A stretch of 32,000 bases of DNA, taken from the NCBI RefSeq assembly GCF_916618885.1, contig NZ_CAKAKH010000001.1, forward strand, positions 1,381,005 to 1,413,004, in the 5' to 3' direction. This stretch comes from Marinilactibacillus sp. Marseille-P9653. GTDB taxonomy: Bacteria > Bacillota > Bacilli > Lactobacillales > Carnobacteriaceae_A. The notes below the pieces were generated by a model. It saw nothing but the letters and a program-made list of their open reading frames with translations. It ran no database searches and was not told where the DNA came from. A program made the position numbers and the translations under genes. Shown piece after piece: positions 7,903-18,047 of the stretch (position 1 is its first letter; each line of letters begins with the position of its first letter).

Positions 7903-8655
7903 ATGCAAACTTTCATAGCCATCATTTTTTTCGTATACGGACTAGTACTTGGATCATTTTATAATGTTGTTGGCCTCAGGGTACCTATAGGAACATTCTG
8001 GAAACAGAAACAATCTTATTGCTATACCTGTAAGAGAAGTTTGTCTTGGACTGAATTGATACCCGTCATCTCTTATTTGAATCAAAAAGGAAAGTGCAAA
8101 GGATGCGGTGAACCTTTCTCTGCACTCTATCCAATAATGGAGTTCAGTACTGGAATCCTCTTTGCACTTTCTTACTTGGTTTTTGGATTTACGCTAGAAA
8201 CGATATTTAGTTTGATTGTTGTTTCGATGGTCATAATCATTACAGTGTCTGACATAGCTTATCAAAAGATTCCGAATAAAATCTTACTATTTTTTGCTCC
8301 TTTGATTTCGATTCTCCTTATAGTTATATCAAACATTACGTTTCTATCAGCCTTAATTGGGGCTGGGTTAGCTTTTGCACTTATATTTCTTATTATCATT
8401 CTATCAAAGGGTGGTATGGGTATGGGAGATTTGAAGTATTTCACTTTATTTGGATTTATTTTTGGCTGGAAACTGTTTTTATTACTTTTCTTACTGTCAA
8501 CTATTTATGGGGCTGCAGTCAACAGTGTATTATTAATAACCAAAAAAGTTTCTAGAAAAACGAAAGTCCCTTTTGGACCTTATATCGGAGCAGCGGCACT
8601 TACCGTACTGTTTTTCGGTAACACACTATTAGACTGGTATCTATCACTCTTATAG
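7903..8655 (+). CDS. pilD: Prepilin peptidase / N-methyltransferase PilD (A24 family)
   Basis: 250-aa polytopic membrane protein. It has the N-terminal Cys pairs CYTC...CKGC and the two catalytic Asp contexts VSDIAYQKIPN and GMGMGDLKY. Confidence 0.92.
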   Translation: MQTFIAIIFFVYGLVLGSFYNVVGLRVPIGTFWKQKQSYCYTCKRSLSWTELIPVISYLNQKGKCKGCGEPFSALYPIMEFSTGILFALSYLVFGFTLETIFSLIVVSMVIIITVSDIAYQKIPNKILLFFAPLISILLIVISNITFLSALIGAGLAFALIFLIIILSKGGMGMGDLKYFTLFGFIFGWKLFLLLFLLSTIYGAAVNSVLLITKKVSRKTKVPFGPYIGAAALTVLFFGNTLLDWYLSLL

Positions 8656-8699
8656 TCCAGAAAAATTGTATTGAGAAAGATGACCTATGGAGGACTTAC

Positions 8700-9743
8700 A
8701 TGCTATTTAGAAAAAAACAAATACTTTATATTCAATTTAAATATAAAAGTATCTATTATATGATCATTGATCCACAGAAAAATGAAATTATAGAACACGA
8801 TTCGCTCTCACTCGATATTCCTGTATTGATTGAAGGACAACTGACAAATGAAATGCTGGTGCAAAAAACACTAGAATTGTTCGTGCGCGAAAAAAAACTA
8901 AGAAATACTGTGGTTCATTTCATTTTACCAGATCACTTTTCTGTCATACGTAAAGAACAAGTTCCCCTTCAACTGGAGCAAAAAGAAATCAAGGAATACT
9001 TGTATCTTCAACTAGACAGCAAGATTAAATTACCTTTTGATTCTCCGGTATTAGATTTTCAGTTGTTAGAAACTCTAGAAGATGCTCAAGAAATTCTCTT
9101 AGTTGCTTATCCAGAGGAATATATACAGTCTTTCCAGAAGTTGTTTGAATCCGTACAATTAGTTCCGGAAATTGCTGATCTTTCATATCTGAGTGTTTAC
9201 CGTTTATTTAAAAAAGATCAATCTAACGAGATTTCTCCTGACGAGCATTTATTATTGATTCAATGGCATCCATATGATAGCTCACTAACTGTGTTCCATA
9301 AAGATGTTCCTCAATTCAATCGACAGACTAATTTCCAAAGAATAGCTCAAAGCTGGGAACAAGATAGTCTTTCTAAATGGGAATGGACTGGTTCTGAGGA
9401 AGAATTAGAGGTAGCTATTGAAAATCATATTGACACAATTGAACGTTTCTTGGATTTTTATAAGTATTCGATTATGAATGGAGAAAAGATGGTTACGCGT
9501 ATTATACTTACTGGAGACTTCCCAGAGTACGAGCTTTTATATGAACGAATTAGTAATCGAATTGATATCCGGTTATCTAAAATAGAGGTACCTTCAAACT
9601 TCACAAGAGGGTTTGTACCGCTGATAGGACTGAAATATAAGGATACTATCGTAACACCAAAGTCTAAATCTATAAATAATCATAGAAAAGGACTATTTAA
9701 TAGACCGTTTAAAAAAACCGTTGAGGAGATTGATGCAGGATGA
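8700..9743 (+). CDS. pilM: Type IV pilus assembly protein PilM (actin-like ATPase fold)
   Basis: 347-aa soluble protein with GGAGG RBS. It is followed by PilN/PilO-like bitopic proteins with an ATGA stop/start overlap. The call rests mainly on size, position and operon logic; sequence motifs are weak by eye. Confidence 0.65.
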   Translation: MLFRKKQILYIQFKYKSIYYMIIDPQKNEIIEHDSLSLDIPVLIEGQLTNEMLVQKTLELFVREKKLRNTVVHFILPDHFSVIRKEQVPLQLEQKEIKEYLYLQLDSKIKLPFDSPVLDFQLLETLEDAQEILLVAYPEEYIQSFQKLFESVQLVPEIADLSYLSVYRLFKKDQSNEISPDEHLLLIQWHPYDSSLTVFHKDVPQFNRQTNFQRIAQSWEQDSLSKWEWTGSEEELEVAIENHIDTIERFLDFYKYSIMNGEKMVTRIILTGDFPEYELLYERISNRIDIRLSKIEVPSNFTRGFVPLIGLKYKDTIVTPKSKSINNHRKGLFNRPFKKTVEEIDAG

Positions 9744-10285
9744 TCAATATAAACCTTTTCGAGAAAAAAGAAATCAATAGACTACCGTTTGTAATTATCA
9801 TAATATTTTTAATCCTATTATCTGGCTTGTTTATTTATTTATTTGGAATGAATCGTTTCTATACATTAAAAGATAATAGAAATATGCAGGTCATTGAAAA
9901 TCAAGTTAGCGAAATTCAGGATGCAAGAAGTATTGAACTATTGAATAATCAAGTTATTCAGTTGAATGAAAGTCTTACTTCTCTTGAATCAGCTCGATAT
10001 CAGATTCCATTTTTAATTAAAGATCTTCATACCTATGTACCTGAAGAAAGTCAAATAGCAGAGTTTGTATTATTAGAAGATTTCACACTAGTATTAAAGG
10101 TTTCAGGTGTGGACTATGATGCTTTAACTGCATTAATTAAAGAACTCAACGAGATTGACTACGTTAATTCAGCAGAACTGTCGACATTGTCAGTTACTGA
10201 ATCAGATACAAATACTTTCGATTCAGAAATTCTACTGACCTTAGACCAACTTTTATTGAGAAAGGAAAATAATAATGAAAATTAG
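9740..10285 (+). CDS. pilN: Type IV pilus assembly protein PilN
   Basis: 181 aa. The N-terminus MININLFEKKE (the INLL/INLF motif that binds PilM) is followed by one TM helix (LPFVIIIIFLILLSGLFIYLFG) and a coiled-coil-like ectodomain. Confidence 0.7.
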   Translation: MININLFEKKEINRLPFVIIIIFLILLSGLFIYLFGMNRFYTLKDNRNMQVIENQVSEIQDARSIELLNNQVIQLNESLTSLESARYQIPFLIKDLHTYVPEESQIAEFVLLEDFTLVLKVSGVDYDALTALIKELNEIDYVNSAELSTLSVTESDTNTFDSEILLTLDQLLLRKENNNEN

Positions 10286-10823
10286 CTGGTCTAAGCAAAG
10301 TTTGCTATTGATCCTTCTTCTAACTACGACACTATGTATACTCTTCTATTACGGAAAAAAAACAGTGGTGGATATCCCAAGACAGGCTTACTTAAGTTCT
10401 GAGCGTATTATTGAGGATCAACAAGATCTTCTTAACAAAGTTGAATCGATTGATGGTTCAGAAGATAGTCTTTCAAAACAATTAGCTGAACTAAATAACA
10501 GTATTCCAAATAATATAGATCCAAGCACTTGGATGGATGAAATAAAACATATAGCTGATGCAAATCAAGTTACGATTCAACTACTAAACAGTATGGAAAC
10601 AACGGTAAATTCTGAAGCTGAATCAACTATAGATTCTATTGACTCCAATAACTTTCAATTGGATCTGATTTACGATGATAGGACAGCTCTAGAGTCTTTT
10701 ATAGAAGATGTATACCAAATGACTCAAATCACAGACATTTCATCTTTGTCCTATGAACAGACTGAATCAAATACCGGAACTTTGTTTCTTAGAACTTATA
10801 CTCAACCAAGTAATTTAGAATAA
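10275..10823 (+). CDS. pilO: Type IV pilus assembly protein PilO-like (bitopic)
   Basis: 182 aa with a single N-terminal TM helix (LLLILLLTTTLCILFYY). It overlaps pilN by 11 nt and is the last gene before the terminator. Assigned by topology and position. Confidence 0.55.
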   Translation: MKISWSKQSLLLILLLTTTLCILFYYGKKTVVDIPRQAYLSSERIIEDQQDLLNKVESIDGSEDSLSKQLAELNNSIPNNIDPSTWMDEIKHIADANQVTIQLLNSMETTVNSEAESTIDSIDSNNFQLDLIYDDRTALESFIEDVYQMTQITDISSLSYEQTESNTGTLFLRTYTQPSNLE

Positions 10824-10831
10824 CTTCGGAC

Positions 10832-10862
10832 AAACGTCTAATACCTTAGGCGTTTTTGTTTT
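10832..10862 (+). terminator. Rho-independent terminator closing the pilus operon
   Basis: AAACGTC (10832-10838) pairs with GGCGTTT (10849-10855), including one G-U pair, across a 10-nt loop. TTTTTGTTTT follows. Confidence 0.65.
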
Positions 10863-10981
10863 ATCCAAATACGAAGAGTGCATGACGTTTAGTACTGGAT
10901 ATGATAAGATAGGAAGAGTATTTTCAAAGAACAGACTTTATAATATTAAACATAAAAAATGTATTTTCAGGAGGAGAAAGC

Positions 10982-12247
10982 ATGTCTTACTCTCAAAAAA
11001 TGATTGATGCTTTACAGAACGAACAACTAGAAAAAGCAAATCAGCATCTTGAACAGGCACTCAAGAGTGACTCAATTGATGATCTTTATCAACTGGCAGA
11101 TTCTCTATATCAATTAGGATTCTTAGAAGAAACAAAAAGAGTCTTACATTTTCTACTTGATCAGTCAAATGACGATGAAATTAAAGTGAATCTAGCAGAA
11201 ATCGCAATTGAAGAAGGTAAGGAACTTGAAGCCATTGAATGGCTTCAAGCTGTAGAGAAAACGAGCGAGGTTTATCCTCAAGCTTTACTTGTATCTGCTG
11301 ATTACTATCAAGTACTAGACTTGCCAGAAGTTTCTGAACAAAAACTACTAGAAGCTCAGTCCATTTTAGAAAATGAACCCGTTATTCTATTTGCTTTAGC
11401 AGAACTGCATTTCACAATGGGTAAACATGCCCAAGCGATTAGAGAATACGAGCAGTTACTGACAGATGGGGAAGATACCTTTGCTGGCGTTTATCTAGTA
11501 ACGCGACTAGGGAGTGCTTATAGTGCGTTAGGTGACTGGGAGAATGCAATTGGGTATCTTGAGGAAGCTGTTGAAGTCGACGATCAAATCGATACGTTGT
11601 TCCAATTAGGATTCACCTATTTCCAGATCAAAGAATTTCAGCGATCCAATGAAACTTTCCATAAAGTAAAAGAAATGGATCATTCTTATACATCGGTGTA
11701 TCCTTATCTTGCTAAAGGATTGGATGAAGAGAATCAAATCGAAAAAGCTGCTGAGGTTGTGCGCGAAGGATTGCTTCAAGATAAAACCAATTATCAACTC
11801 TATCTAATCGGTGCTGATATCGAGATCAAGCGAAGCAATAGTGATAAAGCTGAAGAATACTATAAGCTAGCGATGGAATTGGATCCAGAAAATGAAGCCA
11901 TTTCCTTACAATATACGAATTTCTTGAATCATCAGGAAAGATATGATGAAACGGTTGAGTGGATTCAGCAAGCCTTAACAGAATTAGATGCGGATCCGCA
12001 ATTTTACTGGAATTTAGCGACTGCTCAAGATGCACTGGAAGAATTTGAAGCTGCTGGAAGAGCGTTTGAAAAAGCTTATCCTTATTTTGATTCAAATGCT
12101 GAATTTATGAAGCAGTATTTCTTCTTTTTAAGAGAAGAAGGACGTTTAGCGGAATCCCGTAACGTAGGTACGAAGTATCTTGAACTCCAAAGTGACGATT
12201 TAGAAATTCAAGAAATCTTAAACAATGAACAGACAGATACTGAGTGA
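10982..12247 (+). CDS. ypiA: TPR-repeat protein (YpiA family)
   Basis: 421 aa, with AGGAGG RBS. It has repeated 34-aa TPR-like units (e.g. LGSAYSALGDWENAIGYLEEAVEVD) and sits directly upstream of ypiB, as in Bacillus and Listeria. Confidence 0.75.
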   Translation: MSYSQKMIDALQNEQLEKANQHLEQALKSDSIDDLYQLADSLYQLGFLEETKRVLHFLLDQSNDDEIKVNLAEIAIEEGKELEAIEWLQAVEKTSEVYPQALLVSADYYQVLDLPEVSEQKLLEAQSILENEPVILFALAELHFTMGKHAQAIREYEQLLTDGEDTFAGVYLVTRLGSAYSALGDWENAIGYLEEAVEVDDQIDTLFQLGFTYFQIKEFQRSNETFHKVKEMDHSYTSVYPYLAKGLDEENQIEKAAEVVREGLLQDKTNYQLYLIGADIEIKRSNSDKAEEYYKLAMELDPENEAISLQYTNFLNHQERYDETVEWIQQALTELDADPQFYWNLATAQDALEEFEAAGRAFEKAYPYFDSNAEFMKQYFFFLREEGRLAESRNVGTKYLELQSDDLEIQEILNNEQTDTE

Positions 12248-12318
12248 TTTTTGTTATACTATAATAGTAGAAATACTTGAATATTTAATGTGTCTGTTCT
12301 AAAAGGAGGGAAGTCAAA

Positions 12319-12885
12319 TTGAATAATCGAGTACAGTTAAATGATAAAAAACAATTTTTGAAATGGTTCTTACAGAGACACCAAATGAAGCGCAGAGAAT
12401 CTATGTGGATATTAAATTATTTATTGAATCATGATATTGTGTTAAACAAAGCAAAATTTGTCGAACGTGCTGAAAAGACACCTCGTGGGATTAAAATGGC
12501 AGCTGTCGGATCAGAAAATGAAGCGTTCAAATTCTATAAAGACGGTCATTCGTTTGATAACCCAGAACAAGCTTTTCACGAAGTGAGATTGAACTGGCAT
12601 ACAGATCTTTATATCGAATTATTGTTTTCAGATGCATGGATGTCTGCTGAGTATCTAGCTGTATTAGAAGATAATCCTTTTTCTAGCTGGAACGATTCCA
12701 TTTCAAATGACCTTAGTCTTGAAGTTAACGAAGCAATCGACTATTTTCAATTAAGTGAGAAGCGAAATGATCTCATTCATCATATTGATATCGCACTTGA
12801 AAATGATGAAAAAGAACAATTCTTGATGTTAACAAGAGAACTTAAAGAAATAGAAGAAAAGTTAAGCAACGAATTACCGTATTGA
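12319..12885 (+). CDS. ypiB: UPF0302 / YpiB (ReoY) family protein
   Basis: 188 aa with a TTG start after AAAGGAGGG. The N-terminus (DKKQFLKWFLQRHQMKRRESMWILNYLLNHD) closely matches the conserved YpiB N-terminal block. The C-terminus is IDEAL-like. Confidence 0.8.
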   Translation: MNNRVQLNDKKQFLKWFLQRHQMKRRESMWILNYLLNHDIVLNKAKFVERAEKTPRGIKMAAVGSENEAFKFYKDGHSFDNPEQAFHEVRLNWHTDLYIELLFSDAWMSAEYLAVLEDNPFSSWNDSISNDLSLEVNEAIDYFQLSEKRNDLIHHIDIALENDEKEQFLMLTRELKEIEEKLSNELPY

Positions 12886-12913
12886 TAAATTTGTTTGTTT
12901 AAGGAAATTCAAT

Positions 12914-12955
12914 AGAGTACAACCATTTTCAAATGATTGTACTCTTTGACTTTTC
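12914..12955 (+). terminator. Rho-independent terminator after ypiB
   Basis: AGAGTACAA (12914-12922) pairs with TTGTACTCT (12937-12945) across a 14-nt loop. TTGACTTTT follows. Confidence 0.65.
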
Positions 12956-12986
12956 TATTCTTTCAAATTGAAAGGTGGTATGATGT

Positions 12987-13319
12987 GTGACGGATACAAG
13001 AGACATGCAAAAAGAAGTAGATGATTACATAAATCAATTCAAGGCGGGATACTTTTCACCGCTGGGCCAGCTAGCAAGACTTACAGAAGAAGTAGGAGAA
13101 TTAGCTAGAGAGATCAGTCATCATTATGGAGAAAAGCAGAAAAAGCCAGAAGAAGCAGACAAGAAGCTGGAAGAAGAACTTGGTGATGTTTTGTTTGTCA
13201 TCATTACTTTGGCAAATTCTCTTGAGATTGATCTTTCAGAAGCTTTCGCGCTGACGATGAATAAATTCAACACCCGAGATCGTGATCGTTTTGAACGAAT
13301 CGATGACGAATCGATTTAG
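12987..13319 (+). CDS. ypjD: MazG-like nucleotide pyrophosphohydrolase (YpjD family)
   Basis: 110 aa. The GTG start lies 8 nt after AAAGGTGG; the nearby ATGs are out of frame. It has the EVGELAREI...EEELGDVLFVIITLAN motifs of MazG-type all-alpha NTP pyrophosphatases. Confidence 0.8.
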   Translation: MTDTRDMQKEVDDYINQFKAGYFSPLGQLARLTEEVGELAREISHHYGEKQKKPEEADKKLEEELGDVLFVIITLANSLEIDLSEAFALTMNKFNTRDRDRFERIDDESI

Positions 13320-13383
13320 TGTGTTTAAAAAGGAGAGAATGGTTGTATGCTAGTCAATATATGCTGGATGCAACCTTACTATC

Positions 13384-14604
13384 ATGCAAAATAAACTGGT
13401 TTTAACAGAAGTTTTCACAAATGCATTACCCGTTTTGGAGGTCCTCGAGCAAGCTGGATTTGAAGCTTATTTTGTTGGCGGGAGTGTACGAGATGCTATG
13501 CTCGGTAAAGACGTTAATGATGTCGATATCGCTACAAGTGCATTTCCCAATGAAATCCAAGACTTGTTCAAGAAGACGATAGATGTGGGTATAGAGCATG
13601 GTACGGTCATGGTGCTATGGGAAAAAGAAACTTATGAAATCACGACATTTAGAACCGAATCAACTTACCAGGACTTTAGACGTCCAGATTCGGTTACTTT
13701 TGTGCGTTCTTTAGCAGAAGATTTGAAAAGAAGAGATTTTACCATCAACGCTTTGGCAATGGATAAAGACGGATATATCACTGATTTGTTTGATGGTATG
13801 GATGATCTGAATCAACAAGTCATTCGAGCAGTAGGGATACCTGATGAACGTTTTGGTGAAGATGCACTTAGAATGATGAGAGCGACAAGGTTTTCGGCTC
13901 AACTTGGATTTGATATTGAAGAAGAGACCGTGCTCGCATTGAAAAAAAATACTGCTTTACTTGAACATATTGCCATAGAACGGATCCAAGTAGAATTTAT
14001 TAAGATGTGTCTTGGTCAATTCAAACAAAAAGGACTGGCATATTTTATTGAGTCAAACTTGTATGAATTTTGTCCCGGTCTAAAAAAAGAAGCTTTAAGA
14101 AAATTTTCTGCAATTTTGCCTTCACTAGACAATGAGAGACAAGTCTGGACTTCGTATCTTTTGCTAGACGAATATGATACGAATCGGCTTAATGCTTTTA
14201 TGAAATCATGGAAACTATCAAATAAACTCATCCAGCAGGTAATGTCTTTATTCCGATCGGTAAAATTTAGAATGGAGTCTTCTGCGGACGTGCTCTATAT
14301 TTATCATCTTGGGAAAGAATTAGCACTTGAAACAGAGAATATCCTCTCTTACTTGCAGTATCCAGCGGACTCAGAAGCTGTTCTCTCTATCTATGAGAGT
14401 TTACCAATTTATTCTAAGCAAGATCTGGCAGTAAAAGGAAAGGATCTTCTTGAGCTAACGAGTGCAAAAGCAGGTAAGTGGTTAGGTGATGCTTTGAACC
14501 ATATCGAAGAAGCGGTTGTCCTTGGGAAACTGAATAATTCGAAACAAGAAATTATCACCTGGGCAAAACAGCATACGCTGATTCCAGAAACGGACAAACA
14601 TTAA
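13384..14604 (+). CDS. cca: CCA-adding tRNA nucleotidyltransferase
   Basis: 406 aa with FVGGSVRDAMLGKDVNDVDIAT (GGxVRD and DxD) and RRDFTINALA. The RBS is poor, so the start is less certain. Confidence 0.92.
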   Translation: MQNKLVLTEVFTNALPVLEVLEQAGFEAYFVGGSVRDAMLGKDVNDVDIATSAFPNEIQDLFKKTIDVGIEHGTVMVLWEKETYEITTFRTESTYQDFRRPDSVTFVRSLAEDLKRRDFTINALAMDKDGYITDLFDGMDDLNQQVIRAVGIPDERFGEDALRMMRATRFSAQLGFDIEEETVLALKKNTALLEHIAIERIQVEFIKMCLGQFKQKGLAYFIESNLYEFCPGLKKEALRKFSAILPSLDNERQVWTSYLLLDEYDTNRLNAFMKSWKLSNKLIQQVMSLFRSVKFRMESSADVLYIYHLGKELALETENILSYLQYPADSEAVLSIYESLPIYSKQDLAVKGKDLLELTSAKAGKWLGDALNHIEEAVVLGKLNNSKQEIITWAKQHTLIPETDKH

Positions 14605-14643
14605 ATTGAAAATAACTTTGAGGTTATTGGGAAGGAGGGGAAT

Positions 14644-17442
14644 ATGAAGAAAGATCAAATTTATGCAATTGTAGATATCGAATCAACCGGTGGAAGTATT
14701 GGTAAAGATCGGATGATTCAATTTGCTTGTGTACTGATGAAAAATGGAGAGATCATTGAAACTTTTGACACTTTCGTAAATCCTCTTAAAAGCGTCCCTA
14801 AGCGTATCCAGGAATTAACAGGCATTCATCCTAGAGAGTTGAAAACAGCGCCTTATTTCGAAGATATTGCCCTTTTACTTCGTAATATGTTGGAAGAAAC
14901 GATATTTGTTGCACATAATGTTGGGTTCGACTTTCAGTTTTTAAATGAAGAATTTAAAAGAGTTGGGGTTTCTGAACTAACAATTCCTGCAATAGATACG
15001 GTGCAACTTTCTCAAATTCTTTTTCCAACGTCAAACAGTTATGCGCTTCAAGAAATTGTTGAATGGCTTGGCTATGATCTAGATCGTCCGCACAATGCGC
15101 TTTTTGATGCAGAAGCAACAGGTTTTTTGCTGAACCAGATAGACTCAAAACTCCGAACGCTTCCACTTACAACGGTGGAGAAACTAGCGGAACTTTCCGT
15201 ATACTGTATCGCAGAAACTCGTATGTTTTTTGAAGAGGCTTTAGAAGAAATGAAGTCACAACCGACAGATTTAAATCAGCAATTAATTGTCGTTGAAGGT
15301 ATTGCGCTTCAAGATCCTTCAATTTCATTAAACGCGTATAACTATAGAACTGATAAGCAGTATCCTGCTTCTTCACTAGACAAAATCAATTTATTGGATG
15401 AACAATATTCTAAAAGAGACGTTCAAGAAGAAATGATGGATAGTGTTTACCATTATTTAAAAAATTCTTCTCCAGAGTCTGGTCTGGCGATTGAAGCCCC
15501 TCCTGGTACTGGGAAATCACTTGGATACCTGCTACCGGCCAGTTTTGAAGCAAGTCCAGAAGCCCCTATTTTAATTAGCACTAAAACAACGGTGTTACAG
15601 CGTCAGATGATTGAAGAGAGCCTTACTTACCTAGAAAGACTCGTACCATTTGAATTAGCGATTGCTTCAGTAAAGGGGAAACACAATTATCTTTCCTTGG
15701 CGAATTTCGACTATAAGTTAAGCGTGATTAATAAAGAAGACATTGAAACGCTTTTCAGTATGCGTGTTCTGGTCTGGTTGACTGAAACAGTCACTGGAGA
15801 TATCGATGAAATTGGTGCTGGTGGGCACAGTAGCCATGATTTTTGGTCTGAGGTCCGTATAGGTAAATCTGAACTTTCAAAAGATCGAATGGAAAAGTGG
15901 GTACCTTATGACTTTTTCCTACGTGCAGAAAAAAGACTCAAACAAGCTTCTATTATCGTTACGAATCATGCTTTCCTCGTTCAGGACTGGAAAAAAGAGC
16001 AACCATTGTTTTCTAATGTCAACAAGCTCATTATCGATGAAGCGCATTTCTTTCCTGACGTTATTCAAGACGCAGCTAATACCTCCATATCAGCTGCATC
16101 ATTCGCTACGCATCTAAAAAAATTAGGTAGTCAAGATAGAGAGCAATCGATTATGGCTATGCTTTATGATCTAGTGACTAGAGATGTGATCAAAGATTAT
16201 CAAGTACGGGCGATTGAATCTAATCGGCAGTTATTTGAATCTGAATGGAATGACTTTATAGATCAATGGATCAGTCAATTGTCGATACCTATTGAACCGA
16301 AACAATCTATCGTTAAATGGAAAGAACACTCTATTCAGCTTTCGAACTTAACGATTTCTTTGAAGCGCCAACTTAAAGAACTGACGAGATTGATATACGA
16401 AATCGTCTATGTAGGAAATCACATTTATCAGAGCAGTGAATTAGACGCCAAAAATCTGACCGCTACTGAAAAGTTCAATCTAGGTATTTTTAAAGAGGTT
16501 CTTGATACAATTTCTACTGATGCTCATCGCCTAAAAACGGTGTTCAATCAGAATGATCATGCAGATTATTCTTGGGTTTCCTATTACTCTAAACATCCAG
16601 AAAAAACATTGAGATTTCATCGAGCGAGTTTTGAAGTAAAAGAAGCACTGCAAAAACAATTAGAGCGTTACACTCATGCAATCTACACAAGTAGTTCACT
16701 GTCTTATGATGGATCGATTCATTTCTTTCAAAAGCAAATTGCTGCCAAAAATCTGGAATTTATCGAACTTTCTTCTCCATATCACTATAACGAACAGGTT
16801 AGAGTTTACGTACCTGAACAATCAAAATCTTTTTCTGATTATACAAAAGAAGACTTTTTGAAGTATCTGATCGATTCAATCGAGCAGTCAGTTAAACAAA
16901 CTTCAGAAAATGCTTTGATCCTTTTTAAGTCAAATGATTCTTTACAACAAGTATATAGAGGATTACAGAACAAGAAATCGCTCGAAAAGAAATTGATATT
17001 AGCTCAAAATTTATCTGGAACGAAGTCAAAGCTAATCAAGCAATTCAAGAAAAGTAAAAATGCCATTTTACTTGGTGCAGATACGTTCTGGGAAGGTGTT
17101 GATCTTCCTGGTGAAACGTTAAAAATTGTAATTATTACGAAACTACCTTTTGATTCACCCGACCAACCCTCCGTTAAGTTAAGGCTGAAAAAACTAACAG
17201 ATCAGAATCAAAATGCTTTTGTTCAAGACATGTTACCTCGAGCGGTTATGAGGTTGAAACAAGGTTTTGGACGGCTAATTCGATCTGAGAGTGATAAAGG
17301 TGTATTGATTGTTTTGGACTATCGCTTTCTTCATTCAAGTTATGCGAAGGTTTTAAGACAAGCGTTGCCTAAGGAAGTTGAAATCGAAAAAATAGACTTA
17401 TCTCAGATGGCTGAAAAAGTAGAAGACTTTTTAGGAAAATAG
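14644..17442 (+). CDS. dinG: DinG-family protein: N-terminal DnaQ-like 3'-5' exonuclease fused to an SF2 helicase domain
   Basis: 932 aa. Exonuclease motifs are IVDIESTGG, FVAHNVGFDFQFL and HNALFDAEAT. Helicase motifs are APPGTGKS (Walker A) and IIDEAHF (DEAH). Confidence 0.93.
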   Translation: MKKDQIYAIVDIESTGGSIGKDRMIQFACVLMKNGEIIETFDTFVNPLKSVPKRIQELTGIHPRELKTAPYFEDIALLLRNMLEETIFVAHNVGFDFQFLNEEFKRVGVSELTIPAIDTVQLSQILFPTSNSYALQEIVEWLGYDLDRPHNALFDAEATGFLLNQIDSKLRTLPLTTVEKLAELSVYCIAETRMFFEEALEEMKSQPTDLNQQLIVVEGIALQDPSISLNAYNYRTDKQYPASSLDKINLLDEQYSKRDVQEEMMDSVYHYLKNSSPESGLAIEAPPGTGKSLGYLLPASFEASPEAPILISTKTTVLQRQMIEESLTYLERLVPFELAIASVKGKHNYLSLANFDYKLSVINKEDIETLFSMRVLVWLTETVTGDIDEIGAGGHSSHDFWSEVRIGKSELSKDRMEKWVPYDFFLRAEKRLKQASIIVTNHAFLVQDWKKEQPLFSNVNKLIIDEAHFFPDVIQDAANTSISAASFATHLKKLGSQDREQSIMAMLYDLVTRDVIKDYQVRAIESNRQLFESEWNDFIDQWISQLSIPIEPKQSIVKWKEHSIQLSNLTISLKRQLKELTRLIYEIVYVGNHIYQSSELDAKNLTATEKFNLGIFKEVLDTISTDAHRLKTVFNQNDHADYSWVSYYSKHPEKTLRFHRASFEVKEALQKQLERYTHAIYTSSSLSYDGSIHFFQKQIAAKNLEFIELSSPYHYNEQVRVYVPEQSKSFSDYTKEDFLKYLIDSIEQSVKQTSENALILFKSNDSLQQVYRGLQNKKSLEKKLILAQNLSGTKSKLIKQFKKSKNAILLGADTFWEGVDLPGETLKIVIITKLPFDSPDQPSVKLRLKKLTDQNQNAFVQDMLPRAVMRLKQGFGRLIRSESDKGVLIVLDYRFLHSSYAKVLRQALPKEVEIEKIDLSQMAEKVEDFLGK

Positions 17443-17538
17443 GGAATGTGAAAATAGAATGTGTTACCGGATATTTATTTCCATTCATTATTTTGCTATA
17501 CTTAGATAGTTGAAAATCTGGACTGCGAGGAAATCACT

Positions 17539-18012
17539 GTGAAAAAATTCTTTATAGGACTTTCTGTTTTTCTAATTGTGCTCATTATTGGTTCAGTTGT
17601 TATATACAGACGATCTGTTGCGCTATACAACGATACTGAAGAACAAGCTATTGAGTATGCCATAGCTAACTCTGAAATCGTTTCAGCTACAGACTTTTAC
17701 TGGTATAACGATACAGAAACAACCTTTACTGTCGTAGGTGAAACAGGAGAAGGCGAGTCTCTTGTCGTGTTTACAAATCAGGAAACTCAGGAAACAACAA
17801 CTCTGAATGTTTCAGATATAATTCCTAAACAGCAAGCTGTTCAAATGACTCGTGAAGCTAGACAGCCTAAGAAGATACTAAACGCTCGAATGGGTATAGA
17901 TAATCAGAGACCCGTATGGGAAATCAGTTACCGTAACCAAAATGGACGATTAGGGTATTATATCCTTTCGCTGGAAGATGGCGAATGGATCCGCACAATC
18001 GATAATATTTAA
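17539..18012 (+). CDS. ypmB: YpmB-like membrane-anchored PepSY-type protein
   Basis: 157 aa with a GTG start after GAGGAAA. It has an N-terminal TM helix and lies between dinG and asnS, as B. subtilis ypmB does. Confidence 0.65.
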   Translation: MKKFFIGLSVFLIVLIIGSVVIYRRSVALYNDTEEQAIEYAIANSEIVSATDFYWYNDTETTFTVVGETGEGESLVVFTNQETQETTTLNVSDIIPKQQAVQMTREARQPKKILNARMGIDNQRPVWEISYRNQNGRLGYYILSLEDGEWIRTIDNI

Positions 18013-18047
18013 ATTTAAAAATTGAATTAGGATAAGGAGATTGAACA

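Noticed and set aside
1054-10823. The locus could be read as a ComG-type competence pseudopilus operon.
   Set aside because: ComG operons lack PilT and PilM/N/O. Here a retraction ATPase with the AIKNLIRSEK motif and a PilMNO-like trio are present, so a genuine type IV pilus is the better reading.
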